From Trichormus sp. ATA11-4-KO1 (GTDB taxonomy: Bacteria > Cyanobacteriota > Cyanobacteriia > Cyanobacteriales > Nostocaceae): a DNA stretch of 64,000 nt. A program made the translations under genes and the position numbers. The stretch is from NCBI GenBank assembly GCA_019358915.1, contig JAHHIM010000055.1, forward strand, positions 128,001 through 192,000, given 5' to 3'. Shown piece by piece: positions 33,582 to 43,188 of the stretch (positions are counted from its first letter, which is position 1; each line of letters opens with the position of its first letter). Under the pieces are notes generated by a model that saw only the letters and a program-made list of their open reading frames with translations, ran no database searches and was not told where the DNA came from.

Positions 33582-33608
33582 AAGTACAGCACTTTTAAGT
33601 GCGTACTT
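33582..33608. promoter_or_regulatory. Inverted repeat between dps and pirin (operator or dps terminator)
   Basis: AAGTACAGCACTT-TT-AAGTGCGTACTT, near-perfect dyad. Confidence 0.4.
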
Positions 33609-33837
33609 TTCATTTTATATATACATAGTCTACTATTTAGATAGTTCAAATATTACTTTGAATCAAATATGTTCACCAGGATTTATACACTGAGAATATG
33701 CGCTATTAGCATTAATTAATATAATCCCAATTTGGATAAAACAATTACTAATATTTGCTGTTAATTATTAATTTAACAACCATATTCTCTATTTCCAATT
33801 TTAGTCTATAACCCTGAACATTAAACGAGGTAACACC

Positions 33838-34554
33838 ATGTCTCAAAATACAATTAACTACTTAATTCACGATCGCAACGCCCGTGGTCATGCACAGTTT
33901 GGCTGGCTCGATAGTTATCACACCTTTTCCTTTGGTAGTTTTTATGATCCCAATCGCATGGGATTTCGTTCCCTGCGGGTAATCAACGATGATCGCATCG
34001 CCCCTGGTGCTGGATTTCCTACCCACAGTCATCGCGATATGGAAATCCTTACCTATGTGCTGTCAGGTGCTGTAGAGCATAAAGATAGTTTGGGTACAGG
34101 TTCGGTGATTCGTCCTGGTGATGCACAAATCATGAGTGCTGGGACGGGAATCTCTCACAGCGAATTTAATCCTTCACAAACTGAACCACTGCATTTACTG
34201 CAAATCTGGATTATACCGGACAAGCAAGGATTGGCACCCAGGTATGAACAAAAATCATTTCCTCTAGCAGAAAAGCGCGGTAAATTACGCTTAATTGCTG
34301 CGCAAGATGGGCGTGATGGTGCTGTGACAATTCACCAGGATGTTGATTTATATACATCTGTTTTAGAGCCAGGTAATATTGTCAATTATCACGTCAAACC
34401 TCATCGTTATGCTTGGTTACAAATAGCTCAAGGTGTAGCAACTTTGAATGGAGAAGAACTAAGAGCAGGTGATGGGGTGCAAATCAGTGGTGAAGAACAA
34501 CTCCAAATCAGTACCGACATTGGTACGGAAATTTTACTTTTTGATTTGGGTTGA
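33838..34554 (+). CDS. Pirin family protein (YhhW-like)
   Basis: [19 protein letters not shown] and HSE. Confidence 0.93.
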   Translation: MSQNTINYLIHDRNARGHAQFGWLDSYHTFSFGSFYDPNRMGFRSLRVINDDRIAPGAGFPTHSHRDMEILTYVLSGAVEHKDSLGTGSVIRPGDAQIMSAGTGISHSEFNPSQTEPLHLLQIWIIPDKQGLAPRYEQKSFPLAEKRGKLRLIAAQDGRDGAVTIHQDVDLYTSVLEPGNIVNYHVKPHRYAWLQIAQGVATLNGEELRAGDGVQISGEEQLQISTDIGTEILLFDLG

Positions 34555-34564
34555 TCAAAATTGA

Positions 34565-34617
34565 GTTTGTAGTCAAGGCTTTAGTCTTTTTTGAGGACTA
34601 AAGTCCTCGCTACAAAC
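34565..34617. repeat. REP-like palindrome between convergent genes, possible terminator
   Basis: GTTTGTAG...CTTTAGTC...GACTAAAG...CTACAAAC; related to the core of the MITE at 9981. Confidence 0.6.
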
Positions 34618-34621
34618 TTTT

Positions 34622-35272
34622 TTATGCTGTCCTACTAAGAAACAGAGATTGAACGCTCAGATCCTTGAGGGTAATGGTAAAGTTACGCTGTTCTGCTGTC
34701 GCAATGAAGGAAGCGATCGCTTCACACGCTACAGCAACAGTTAATATTACCAAGTTACGTGCCAATGGATAATCGCAGACATCATCATTAACATCAGAAG
34801 GGACGCGATAAACGTCATTCCAAATCACTTCTGCATAATCAGCCGCTAGCCCAGCATGAAGACAAGGAATGTTGAATTTATCAGCATAATCTTTTACAGC
34901 CTGACGTGACACGCTGTTATCAAAGACATCTACAATTAGCTGAGTATCTTTGAGTAGTTGAGTGGTATTTGCTGATGTTAACTCCTTTGTTTTGGCATCA
35001 ACTTTCGTGCCAATTGCTCGGTATAAATTGTTCGCTAAAATTTTAGCCTTGAATGCTCCCACGTCGGAACGGTAGTAAGGCTGAGTGGAAAGATTACGCT
35101 CCTCAATGCGATCGCGATCAATCACTGTCAGTTGATCAAATCCAGACCGCGCCAGGTTTTCAGTAATGTTAGCTCCTAAGGCTCCAGCCCCACAAATTGT
35201 TACCGGATAATCTTTCAGCTTTGCCATTACAGCATTGGTGCGGTAAAGCTGTTCGTGAAAAAATATGCTCAT
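34622..35272 (-). CDS. ThiF/MoeB/E1-family adenylyltransferase without Zn-binding CxxC pairs
   Basis: GAGALG, IDRD..EERNL.TQ, KA and DVFDN..SR, with one Cys in DDVCDYP. GTGAGGA precedes the ATG at 35272. Confidence 0.88.
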   Translation of the reverse strand: MSIFFHEQLYRTNAVMAKLKDYPVTICGAGALGANITENLARSGFDQLTVIDRDRIEERNLSTQPYYRSDVGAFKAKILANNLYRAIGTKVDAKTKELTSANTTQLLKDTQLIVDVFDNSVSRQAVKDYADKFNIPCLHAGLAADYAEVIWNDVYRVPSDVNDDVCDYPLARNLVILTVAVACEAIASFIATAEQRNFTITLKDLSVQSLFLSRTA

Positions 35273-35286
35273 TGTCCTCACTACTC

Positions 35287-36108
35287 TTATGTTTCCATTA
35301 CACCTACTAACGATTGCAAATCAAAGTCGCGATCGCGTCCACTCAGACAAATACCAGAACTAATGACAGTCAAATCAGTTTTCGCGATGGCGCTACTGTG
35401 ACGCACACCATCGGTTGTTGTCCAATCAACTGTCCAATAATCACCGCGATCGTGAAATTGCTGTAATTCACCACCACCCATCTGCAATGCTTTTTGCAGT
35501 CGTCTTTCATCCCGTTGTTGACCAAAACCCTCAAGGCGTTTAGTTGCTAATTCATACACTATGCGGATTTCTGGAGTCATACCTTTAAACTGCAATTCAA
35601 GAGCCGGAATGAGTTGTTTAATGGCAGATTGCAGCGTTTCCACAATCACCGGATCAGTACGGCGATCAACTTCCTCAAACCAGCAGGATTGACCATGCCA
35701 ACGAGCTATGATTTGCTCAAAAACAATACCTTCGGTGACTAGATGCACTGCGACAGGCTTGACAACCTGGAATCTTTGACGCATATCTGCTTCATTCACG
35801 GGGTATGCTAACCAAGTTTGTCCTTGCAATTGCTGTGCTAACCGTAGCCGGATTTGAGGAAAGTTCTGCAAGTATTCTGCAATCTGGGGTAAGTCTGCTT
35901 CCTCCACAACCTTTGCTGTCTTCTCATCCACAGGCTGAAAGATACCCCAACCAGCAAATTTACTAGGCTTTGGGTTAAAGGTGTAGGTCATCCCGGCTAC
36001 CCGTGTGCGGACTCGTCCACCTTTGACGCAGGGTGCAAGAAATTGGGTAGTGTACAATTTAGCTTCTGCATCAGCAATTTGGTTAATTAGTTTATGGATG
36101 TTAGTCAT
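35287..36108 (-). CDS. Hypothetical protein with C-terminal SSGICLSG (E2-like) motif
   Basis: 273-aa ORF closely coupled to the ThiF gene. Confidence 0.75.
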   Translation of the reverse strand: MTNIHKLINQIADAEAKLYTTQFLAPCVKGGRVRTRVAGMTYTFNPKPSKFAGWGIFQPVDEKTAKVVEEADLPQIAEYLQNFPQIRLRLAQQLQGQTWLAYPVNEADMRQRFQVVKPVAVHLVTEGIVFEQIIARWHGQSCWFEEVDRRTDPVIVETLQSAIKQLIPALELQFKGMTPEIRIVYELATKRLEGFGQQRDERRLQKALQMGGGELQQFHDRGDYWTVDWTTTDGVRHSSAIAKTDLTVISSGICLSGRDRDFDLQSLVGVMET

Positions 36109-36205
36109 ATAGCAGTGGAGAAAAGATTATGGAATGCTCACACAAAGGCGCAAAGGCGCAAAGTTAGGAAGAAGAGTTTTAAAGAGATTTTGTCAAAGCT
36201 ACAGG

Positions 36206-36315
36206 TAAGTAGGTGGGTGGGAAAATTTATCGCTAGGATAAGGCAGAAGGGAAGAGGGTTTTAAGCTGATTCATTTTTCTTTACATAGTTGATTTTATTT
36301 GTGCCTACCTACTTA
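36206..36315. mobile_element. MITE of the TAAGTAGG family
   Basis: TIRs TAAGTAGGTGGG / CCTACCTACTTA with TA at both ends. Confidence 0.75.
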
Positions 36316-36338
36316 GTCATTCTTTGATGACTTGCAGG

Positions 36339-37790
36339 TTATAATTCACAAGACTGGGAAGCATTCTCTAAATCAAATTGTGCAAAACTGATCAGAGCTA
36401 AATGAGCAGAATTTCTCATCAATTCTTTTGCTAATAAGAAACCAGTAATTGTCCAGGTTTGATATCTTCTGGCTTCTTTACCAATTAATAGCCCCCGCGT
36501 ACCATCGTAATATTCTGGCCAATGATCTTCACTAATGCGTGTTTGAGCAATTTCAATGGCGCGTTTCCCAATACAAGTTCTACCTGTTTTTTTAGCAGCC
36601 GCAATCAACGACCACAGTAATACTGGCCAACTACCACCATTATGATACGACCAAGGGATATTTCTGGGGTCACAGCCTGTAAAAATTCTGTACTCCTCCT
36701 TTTCTACTGCTGGGAAACAGATTTTCATCGGCATTTCTCCCACTAAATCATCCCACTGTTCCTCGATGAGATTCATAATCGCTTGGGACTGCTGTTCACT
36801 CACTAGCGAAGAAATAATGGCCATCATATTTCCCAGCGCAAAGAAACGAGTATCTAATTGTGACGGGCCAACATTACCTGCGAGATAACCGCCGTTTTTT
36901 GGCAACCAAATTGCTAAATTAGCATAGGGAATTGAGTCAGGATAAATATTAAATTGATTGACTGCTGACTGTCCATATTCTTCACCCTTAAAGCGATAAA
37001 TTTCATTCAATCGCTTCATATCAATCCAGTAATGATGGCGAATATGATCTCTCAATAAAGGTAGGCGGTTATCAATCCCAATCACAATTTCTGCATCACC
37101 TGCACAAATTAGTAACTTGCGCGCCGCCCGCAAAGCTGCATAAAATAGAGCTTGAATTTCTAACGGATAACCATAAATACCCATCCGCCGATAAATCATA
37201 CAAGCGCCATCTGGAACTAACAGCGTTGGGTACATATCAAATCGCGTCGCCAAGCAAAGTTCCATAATTAACATGATTCCTTGCTGAAATTCAGGCTGCA
37301 ACGCGAAACTGAGGTCTTTTGTAGCTTTGACATAAGCATATAGTATAATAACCCACCACAGACAAGAATCAACAGGTGTGACTCGCGCGATCGCGTGTTC
37401 ACCAAAGTCTGCTTCTAAATATTCTTGCCCATTATCTGAGACAACTTTGAAGCTGGCTGGTATCAAACCTTGACCAGGTGTATAAGCATCTAATTGGCTT
37501 TTTTTAGGCTGTAACTTTAAAGTTTCTTCTAGAAAATTACGAACAATATCATATTTACCTTTAATTAAAAAAAGTAAGGCTGAAGATACAAAATCTCTGA
37601 TAAAACAATGGTCATGATGCAAATTCCCTTGCGAATCATCACAGGTAGATACCGTACCTACAGGACGACCTTGATAATAAATAATCGACTTTTCTAAAAT
37701 TTCCCATGCCTGTTTCTCTAGATCATCAACTATTACTAATTTCTCTCTTTCCATTGCGAGAAACACTCCATTTTGATGGGATTTTGGCAA
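36339..37790 (-). CDS. GH100 alkaline/neutral invertase paralog with altered active site
   Basis: Collinear with the neighbouring invertase, but MIDRR is MIYRR and LNYDQ is LHHDH. Confidence 0.9.
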   Translation of the reverse strand: MPKSHQNGVFLAMEREKLVIVDDLEKQAWEILEKSIIYYQGRPVGTVSTCDDSQGNLHHDHCFIRDFVSSALLFLIKGKYDIVRNFLEETLKLQPKKSQLDAYTPGQGLIPASFKVVSDNGQEYLEADFGEHAIARVTPVDSCLWWVIILYAYVKATKDLSFALQPEFQQGIMLIMELCLATRFDMYPTLLVPDGACMIYRRMGIYGYPLEIQALFYAALRAARKLLICAGDAEIVIGIDNRLPLLRDHIRHHYWIDMKRLNEIYRFKGEEYGQSAVNQFNIYPDSIPYANLAIWLPKNGGYLAGNVGPSQLDTRFFALGNMMAIISSLVSEQQSQAIMNLIEEQWDDLVGEMPMKICFPAVEKEEYRIFTGCDPRNIPWSYHNGGSWPVLLWSLIAAAKKTGRTCIGKRAIEIAQTRISEDHWPEYYDGTRGLLIGKEARRYQTWTITGFLLAKELMRNSAHLALISFAQFDLENASQSCEL

Positions 37791-38104
37791 GAATTACACT
37801 CTGCTGCTTCAATGCTTTTTCGGAGATGGATATATACCCATTTTACTTTTTGCCACGTTCGATTTGGGGCGATATTCCACCGTCCATATTCTCAGGATAA
37901 CCCAAGTTTTTCATTTACCTCATTGTCCCATATGCTCTATTTAGAAAGTGATCACAAAGAGCAATTTAGAAAATCAAAAAAGCCCCTAATAACTACAAAG
38001 GGACTGTGAATTTAATGTTTGTTTTGGACAATTTACACATTACAACTCAAGGAGTTTTAGATTAATTGCTGCAATAATGGTGATTATGAATACAGCCATC
38101 TCCG

Positions 38105-39604
38105 CTAAAGAGACATATACGGATCTACGCTCCCAATTTCAAACTCACACGCTCTAGAAACAACTTCTGGAGGTAATTCATCAAAACTAACTAATGGTAA
38201 ATAATTGGGATTATCCATTAGTTCTTTAGCTAACAAGAAACCAGCAATTGTCCAGGTTTGATATTTCCTAGCTTGTTTACCAATTAAACGCCCTTTTTTG
38301 CCATCATAATACTCTGGCCATTCATCTTCACACAGGCGTGCTTGAGCAATTTCAATAGCCTTTCTGGCCAAGGCTGTTTTGTTAGTTTTTACAGATGCTG
38401 CTGCAAACATCCACATTAAAACAGGCCAACTGCCAGCATTATGATATGACCAAGGGATATTTTTCGGGTCACATCCTGTAACAATTCTGTAATCCTCATT
38501 TTCTAAGGCTGGGAAACAGATTTTCATCGGCATATCTCCCACCAAATCGTCCCATCGTTCCTCAATCAGAGTCATAATTGCTTGTGACTGTTCTTCGGTG
38601 GCTAAATCGGAAATGATTGCCATCAAGTTACCCAATGCAAAGAAACGTGTATCTAACTGCGATGGCCCGACATTTCCAGCTAAATAACCGCCTTTTCTCG
38701 GTAGCCATTTATCTAATTCATAGTAGGGAAGAGAATCTACATAGATATTAAATAAATTGACTGCGGCTTTGCCATACTCTTCACTTTTGAAGCGATAAAT
38801 TGCATTTAGACGATTAATATCTATCCAATAATGCTGGCGAATATGAGCGCACAATAATGGTAAGCGGTTATCAATTGCTGCTACGATATCTTGATTACCC
38901 TGGCAAATCAGCATCTCCCGCGCCGCCCGCAAAGCCGCATAAAATAACACTTGCAGTTCTAGAGGATGCCCATAAATACCCATCCGACGGTCAATCATAC
39001 AAGCACCATCTGGAACCAACAATGTGGGATACATATCAAAGCGATTCGCCAAGCAGATTTCCATAATGAGCCTGATACCATTTTGGAAATCAGGTTGATA
39101 GGCTATAGAATAATCTTTGGTAGCGACTATATATGCACGCAATAAAATAATCCACCATAGACAAGAATCCACTGGTGTTACTCTAGCGATGGCGTGTTCT
39201 CCAAAATCCGCTTCTAAATATTCTTGCCCATTTTCTAATACAACTTTAAAGCTAGCTGGAATTAACCCTCGACCAGGCTTATAAGCATCTAATTCCCTTT
39301 CTTTAGGCTGCAACTTTAATGTTTCTTCTAGGAAATTACGAACAATATCTGTTCTACCTTTAATCAGAAAAATTAATGCTGAAGAAACAAAATCTCGGAT
39401 AAAACACTGATCGTAGTTGAGTGCTTCTACAGATGCATCATAGGCGGCTACAGTCCCAATGGGGCGACCTTGATAGTAGAGAATTGACTTCTCTAGCGCT
39501 CGCCATGCTTGTTCTTCTATATTCTCATCTGTTACTAATTCATTTGTTGGCATCGCCAGAGTAGCTCCATTGAGGGGGTGAATTTGTAGTGGATGCGCCT
39601 TCAT
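38105..39604 (-). CDS. invB: Alkaline/neutral invertase (GH100), InvB-like
   Basis: [34 protein letters not shown] and WPEYYDG. Confidence 0.9.
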   Translation of the reverse strand: MKAHPLQIHPLNGATLAMPTNELVTDENIEEQAWRALEKSILYYQGRPIGTVAAYDASVEALNYDQCFIRDFVSSALIFLIKGRTDIVRNFLEETLKLQPKERELDAYKPGRGLIPASFKVVLENGQEYLEADFGEHAIARVTPVDSCLWWIILLRAYIVATKDYSIAYQPDFQNGIRLIMEICLANRFDMYPTLLVPDGACMIDRRMGIYGHPLELQVLFYAALRAAREMLICQGNQDIVAAIDNRLPLLCAHIRQHYWIDINRLNAIYRFKSEEYGKAAVNLFNIYVDSLPYYELDKWLPRKGGYLAGNVGPSQLDTRFFALGNLMAIISDLATEEQSQAIMTLIEERWDDLVGDMPMKICFPALENEDYRIVTGCDPKNIPWSYHNAGSWPVLMWMFAAASVKTNKTALARKAIEIAQARLCEDEWPEYYDGKKGRLIGKQARKYQTWTIAGFLLAKELMDNPNYLPLVSFDELPPEVVSRACEFEIGSVDPYMSL

Positions 39605-39688
39605 TGATTATTACTGCTATTTTTAGCATAACAAAAGCTATGTTTTGAATAGCAGATTTATTTTAAAAAATAATCTATAAACAATCGT

Positions 39689-39827
39689 AGGACTTACGCA
39701 CACTTAACGAATTCTTCTCTTCGAGACGCTTCGCGAAGGCGTTCTACAGCCCTTACGGGCATCGCTGCGCGCGGGCGCCTTGGCGGTGCGTTAAATTAAA
39801 CTTTTTGGCAATTTTTGCGTAAGTCCT
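39689..39827. mobile_element. MITE with nested small dispersed repeats
   Basis: Perfect 12-bp TIR AGGACTTACGCA / TGCGTAAGTCCT with GC-rich internal inserts. Confidence 0.8.
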
Positions 39828-40489
39828 GAATTGATTAAGTCGATAATTTCTCTGCAAATTTATTTGCTTTCAATTATTATCATTTGGGTGAATTACAGTT
39901 AACTGCTTTTTCACCTCAAGCCACTTCGTGATTTCTCAGAACAATTACACAAGATATATTTCTAGATTATTCGTCCCTGAGTCTGTACATCAAAAACTTT
40001 ACCTACCCAAACAGGAATATATCTCTAGTATTATTCAAAGTTTGGTGTTGAAAATATTTAAATATTTCCAGTATATCTACTTAAGCTGAGGTTAGCCCGA
40101 TAGATTGCAAGTTAAATTATTCCCCTATAAGTTAATAATTTATAATGTTTTTTCAGAATATGCAATACAAACGCTGAAAAATTTTAGATGTCAATAAGCC
40201 TAGGGTGGTAAATATATTACCCCACTTTCCAATTAAATGTAAAATTTAAGGAATAAGTCCGGAAAATACATATTACACATAACCTAAGATAGATGCCGAT
40301 TTTCCAGCTGACTTGAGCAGTTCACAAGCAGTTATCAATAGAAACATAAAGTAATTATTGCAACAATCATCAAGCTTTAATCATGAGAGTTGAGTAATCA
40401 TGACTATATGCAAGTAATATTGAGTAATTTTGCTCAAATTAAAAACTAATTGCTCATAACAGCTATTAAGCTAGATATTTAGCAAATTG

Positions 40490-40738
40490 TCATTTTTTAG
40501 ACTGAAATTCTTGATAAGCGTGATTAATTGCTTGCATTGCAGCTTTGTCACTGGCAGAACCGTTAACATCGGGATGATAAAATCTTGCTAATTTGCACCA
40601 ACTATAAGGAGTCGCGCCAATTCCCATACCACCAAAACTGCCGACAATTTCTATGCCGCCAACTGTTGAGGAGATACCTACACCTGCTATACTTCCTCCA
40701 GCAAGAAATGCTGCACCTGTTTGGGAGGTTGATTTCAT
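40490..40738 (-). pseudogene. Chimeric remnant: glycine-zipper N-terminus joined to a partial J domain
   Basis: The N-terminus resembles the Gly-zipper of 40957-41757. The C-terminus LARFYHPDVN...MQAINHAYQE has the DnaJ HPD motif but lacks helix I. Confidence 0.6.
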
Positions 40739-40744
40739 TTTGAT

Positions 40745-40885
40745 TTAAGGAGTTGTTGAACTAGAAGTAATTTGAGTAACCTGGTTTTGAGAATTTAATA
40801 TTGGTGGTGATTCGGTTTGTGCGTTTTGGTCACAGGCAGTCAAAATTGAGGCGAAAGCAATGATAATAATTCCTAGTTTTTTCAT
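40745..40885 (-). CDS. Small or truncated lipoprotein (46 aa)
   Basis: MKKLGIIIIAFASILTAC-DQNAQTESPP..., with lipobox LTAC. Below the ORF-track length cutoff. Confidence 0.55.
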   Translation of the reverse strand: MKKLGIIIIAFASILTACDQNAQTESPPILNSQNQVTQITSSSTTP

Positions 40886-40956
40886 GATGTAAAAGAATTT
40901 GATTAACTAAACACAGAGGCGCAGAGAACGCCGAGAAAGAGGTAAAGTATGGTTTT

Positions 40957-41757
40957 TTAGCTTGCTTTTGCTTTTATTTGAATAATGGTTTGTTCTATAA
41001 ATTGCAAGTCAAGGAATTGATTATTAATATATGCTGTTAGTTCTTCTAGTTGTTTGTGAATACTATCGGCAGTTTGTTGGTGAGTATACTTACACATCAA
41101 TGCCTCACGTGCCAAGTCTTCACTACCTTTTTTCATAGCTAATAAAGCTATTTGATGGCAAGATGTGACTTTATTTTGAGCTTGTTTATAATTTTCTCGT
41201 ACTCTGTTTTGATCAGTTTTAGTAGAATGGATATTCTGAATAATGATTTGTTTGACTTGGTTGAGGGATTCAATCATTTGCTTTGAATCATTAGTATTCT
41301 TATCTCCATTAAGGAGCTGGAATACACCATAAGCACCAAGTCCCACAACTGCACCAGCCGCTGTTACAGGAGCCATACCGATGCTAAATCCCGTTCCGAC
41401 TGCTAGTAATCCCATATTGCCAATGGTGCTAGAAACTCCTACACCACCTGCTGCTCCCAATGCAGCTGCACCTAACGCTAGAGAGTCTCGGTTTTCTATT
41501 CCCTTTTTTGCTCCATAAGCGGCTGTACCAGTAACTGCTCCTACAGCTAGTAAATGAGGCGCACCAATACCAATAGCTGTTCCTGCGGCTGCTAATCCCA
41601 TGCCACCCACTGTGTCAGATACAACAGCACCAGCCACTACTCCGCCACCAATAAATGCTGCTTTTTCTGCTTGATGGAAATCTACCTGTTTAAAGTTACC
41701 TAGTGTGCTATTGACATTTGCACGGACAATACCATTGATGCGCTTACCTAGTCCCAT
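40957..41757 (-). CDS. PspA/IM30-like protein with glycine-zipper insertion
   Basis: PspA-like start MGLGKRINGIVRANVN and signature A..A..KG.EDLAREAL, separated by about 115 aa of GxxxG-rich hydrophobic sequence. Confidence 0.65.
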   Translation of the reverse strand: MGLGKRINGIVRANVNSTLGNFKQVDFHQAEKAAFIGGGVVAGAVVSDTVGGMGLAAAGTAIGIGAPHLLAVGAVTGTAAYGAKKGIENRDSLALGAAALGAAGGVGVSSTIGNMGLLAVGTGFSIGMAPVTAAGAVVGLGAYGVFQLLNGDKNTNDSKQMIESLNQVKQIIIQNIHSTKTDQNRVRENYKQAQNKVTSCHQIALLAMKKGSEDLAREALMCKYTHQQTADSIHKQLEELTAYINNQFLDLQFIEQTIIQIKAKAS

Positions 41758-41924
41758 AGTTTTGCGTTTCTTTCTCAGGGTTAATACGTTTAGAAAACGT
41801 AGTCGATAATACTTTAATTCAGTTTAATTCATGTATAGCTGAAATCTGGATTTTTGCACTGAAATTTTGTGTAAGATACAGCATTCCGCTATCTTAAATT
41901 TTGAGATAACAAATTGCGCTTAAC

Positions 41925-43118
41925 ATGACTTCAGTTTCTCCTCACAAAAAAGCCAAAGCCCTCAAATCTACTAGCCGTCGCCCTGCTAAAGAACTTTGTA
42001 GCGAGTGCGGACTGTGTGACACATACTATATTCATTATGTCAAGGAAGCCTGCGCTTTTATTAATCAGCAGATAGGCGAACTAGAAGAACAGACCCACAG
42101 GCGATCGCGTGATCTAGATAACGAAAATGAACTATACTTCGGTGTGCATCAAGATATGATGGCAGCCCGAAAACAACACCCCATAGAAGGCGCGCAATGG
42201 ACGGGTATCGTTAGTAGTATTGCCATTGAAATGCTCAATCGTGGTTTAGTTGAAGGTGTTGTGTGTGTGCAGAACACCAAAGAAGACCGCTTTCAACCCA
42301 TGCCTGTTATCGCCCGTACCCCAGAAGAAATACTGGCAGCCAGGGTAAATAAACCAACATTATCGCCCAACCTTTCTGTCTTGGAACAAATAGAGCGATC
42401 GGGGATGAAGCGATTATTAGTAATTGGTGTGGGTTGCCAAATTCAAGCACTTAGGGCTGTGGAAAAACAACTGGGTTTAGAAAAGTTGTATGTCTTAGGT
42501 ACACCTTGCGTAGACAACGTTACCCGTGCTGGGCTGCAAAAATTCTTAGAAACTACCAGCCGGTCGCCTGAGACGGTGGTACATTATGAATTCATGCAAG
42601 ACTTCCGGGTGCATTTTAAACATGAAGATGGCTCCACAGAAACCGTGCCATTCTTTGGTTTGAAGACGAATAAACTTAAAGATGTCTTTGCCCCTTCCTG
42701 TATGAGTTGTTTTGATTACGTCAACTCCTTGGCAGATTTAGTTGTCGGTTATATGGGCGCACCCTTTGGCTGGCAGTGGATTGTGGTCAGAAATGATACA
42801 GGAAGGGAGATGTTGGACTTGGTGCAAGACCAGTTAGATACTCAGCCGGTGATGTCCCAAGGGAATCGGAAAGAAGCGGTGCAACAGAGTATTCCTGCTT
42901 ACGATAAAGGTGTGACTTTGCCGATGTGGGCGGCGAAGCTTATGGGTGTGGTGATTGAGAGGATTGGGCCGAAGGGTTTGGAGTATGCACGGTTTTCTAT
43001 TGATTCGCATTTTACGCGGAATTATTTGTATGTGAAACGGAATCATCCGGAAAAGTTAGAGGAGCATGTGCCGGAGTTTGCTAAGCGGATTGTGGGGGAG
43101 TATAAGTTACCGGAGTAA
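41925..43118 (+). CDS. bciB: Ferredoxin-dependent 8-vinyl reductase (FrhB family)
   Basis: CSECGLC, GAQWTG, GVGCQ, GTPCVDN and SCMSCFDY. Confidence 0.85.
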   Translation: MTSVSPHKKAKALKSTSRRPAKELCSECGLCDTYYIHYVKEACAFINQQIGELEEQTHRRSRDLDNENELYFGVHQDMMAARKQHPIEGAQWTGIVSSIAIEMLNRGLVEGVVCVQNTKEDRFQPMPVIARTPEEILAARVNKPTLSPNLSVLEQIERSGMKRLLVIGVGCQIQALRAVEKQLGLEKLYVLGTPCVDNVTRAGLQKFLETTSRSPETVVHYEFMQDFRVHFKHEDGSTETVPFFGLKTNKLKDVFAPSCMSCFDYVNSLADLVVGYMGAPFGWQWIVVRNDTGREMLDLVQDQLDTQPVMSQGNRKEAVQQSIPAYDKGVTLPMWAAKLMGVVIERIGPKGLEYARFSIDSHFTRNYLYVKRNHPEKLEEHVPEFAKRIVGEYKLPE

Positions 43119-43121
43119 GTT

Positions 43122-43176
43122 TCACGCAAAGGCGCAAAGGCGCAAAGAAAAGAGTGAGAAGGACTTCTTTGCGTGA
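43122..43176. repeat. CGCAAAGG octamer repeat forming an inverted repeat between convergent genes
   Basis: TCACGCAAAG ... CTTTGCGTGA; similar octamer runs near 36140 and 47950. Confidence 0.6.
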
Positions 43177-43188
43177 CACAATCTTAAC

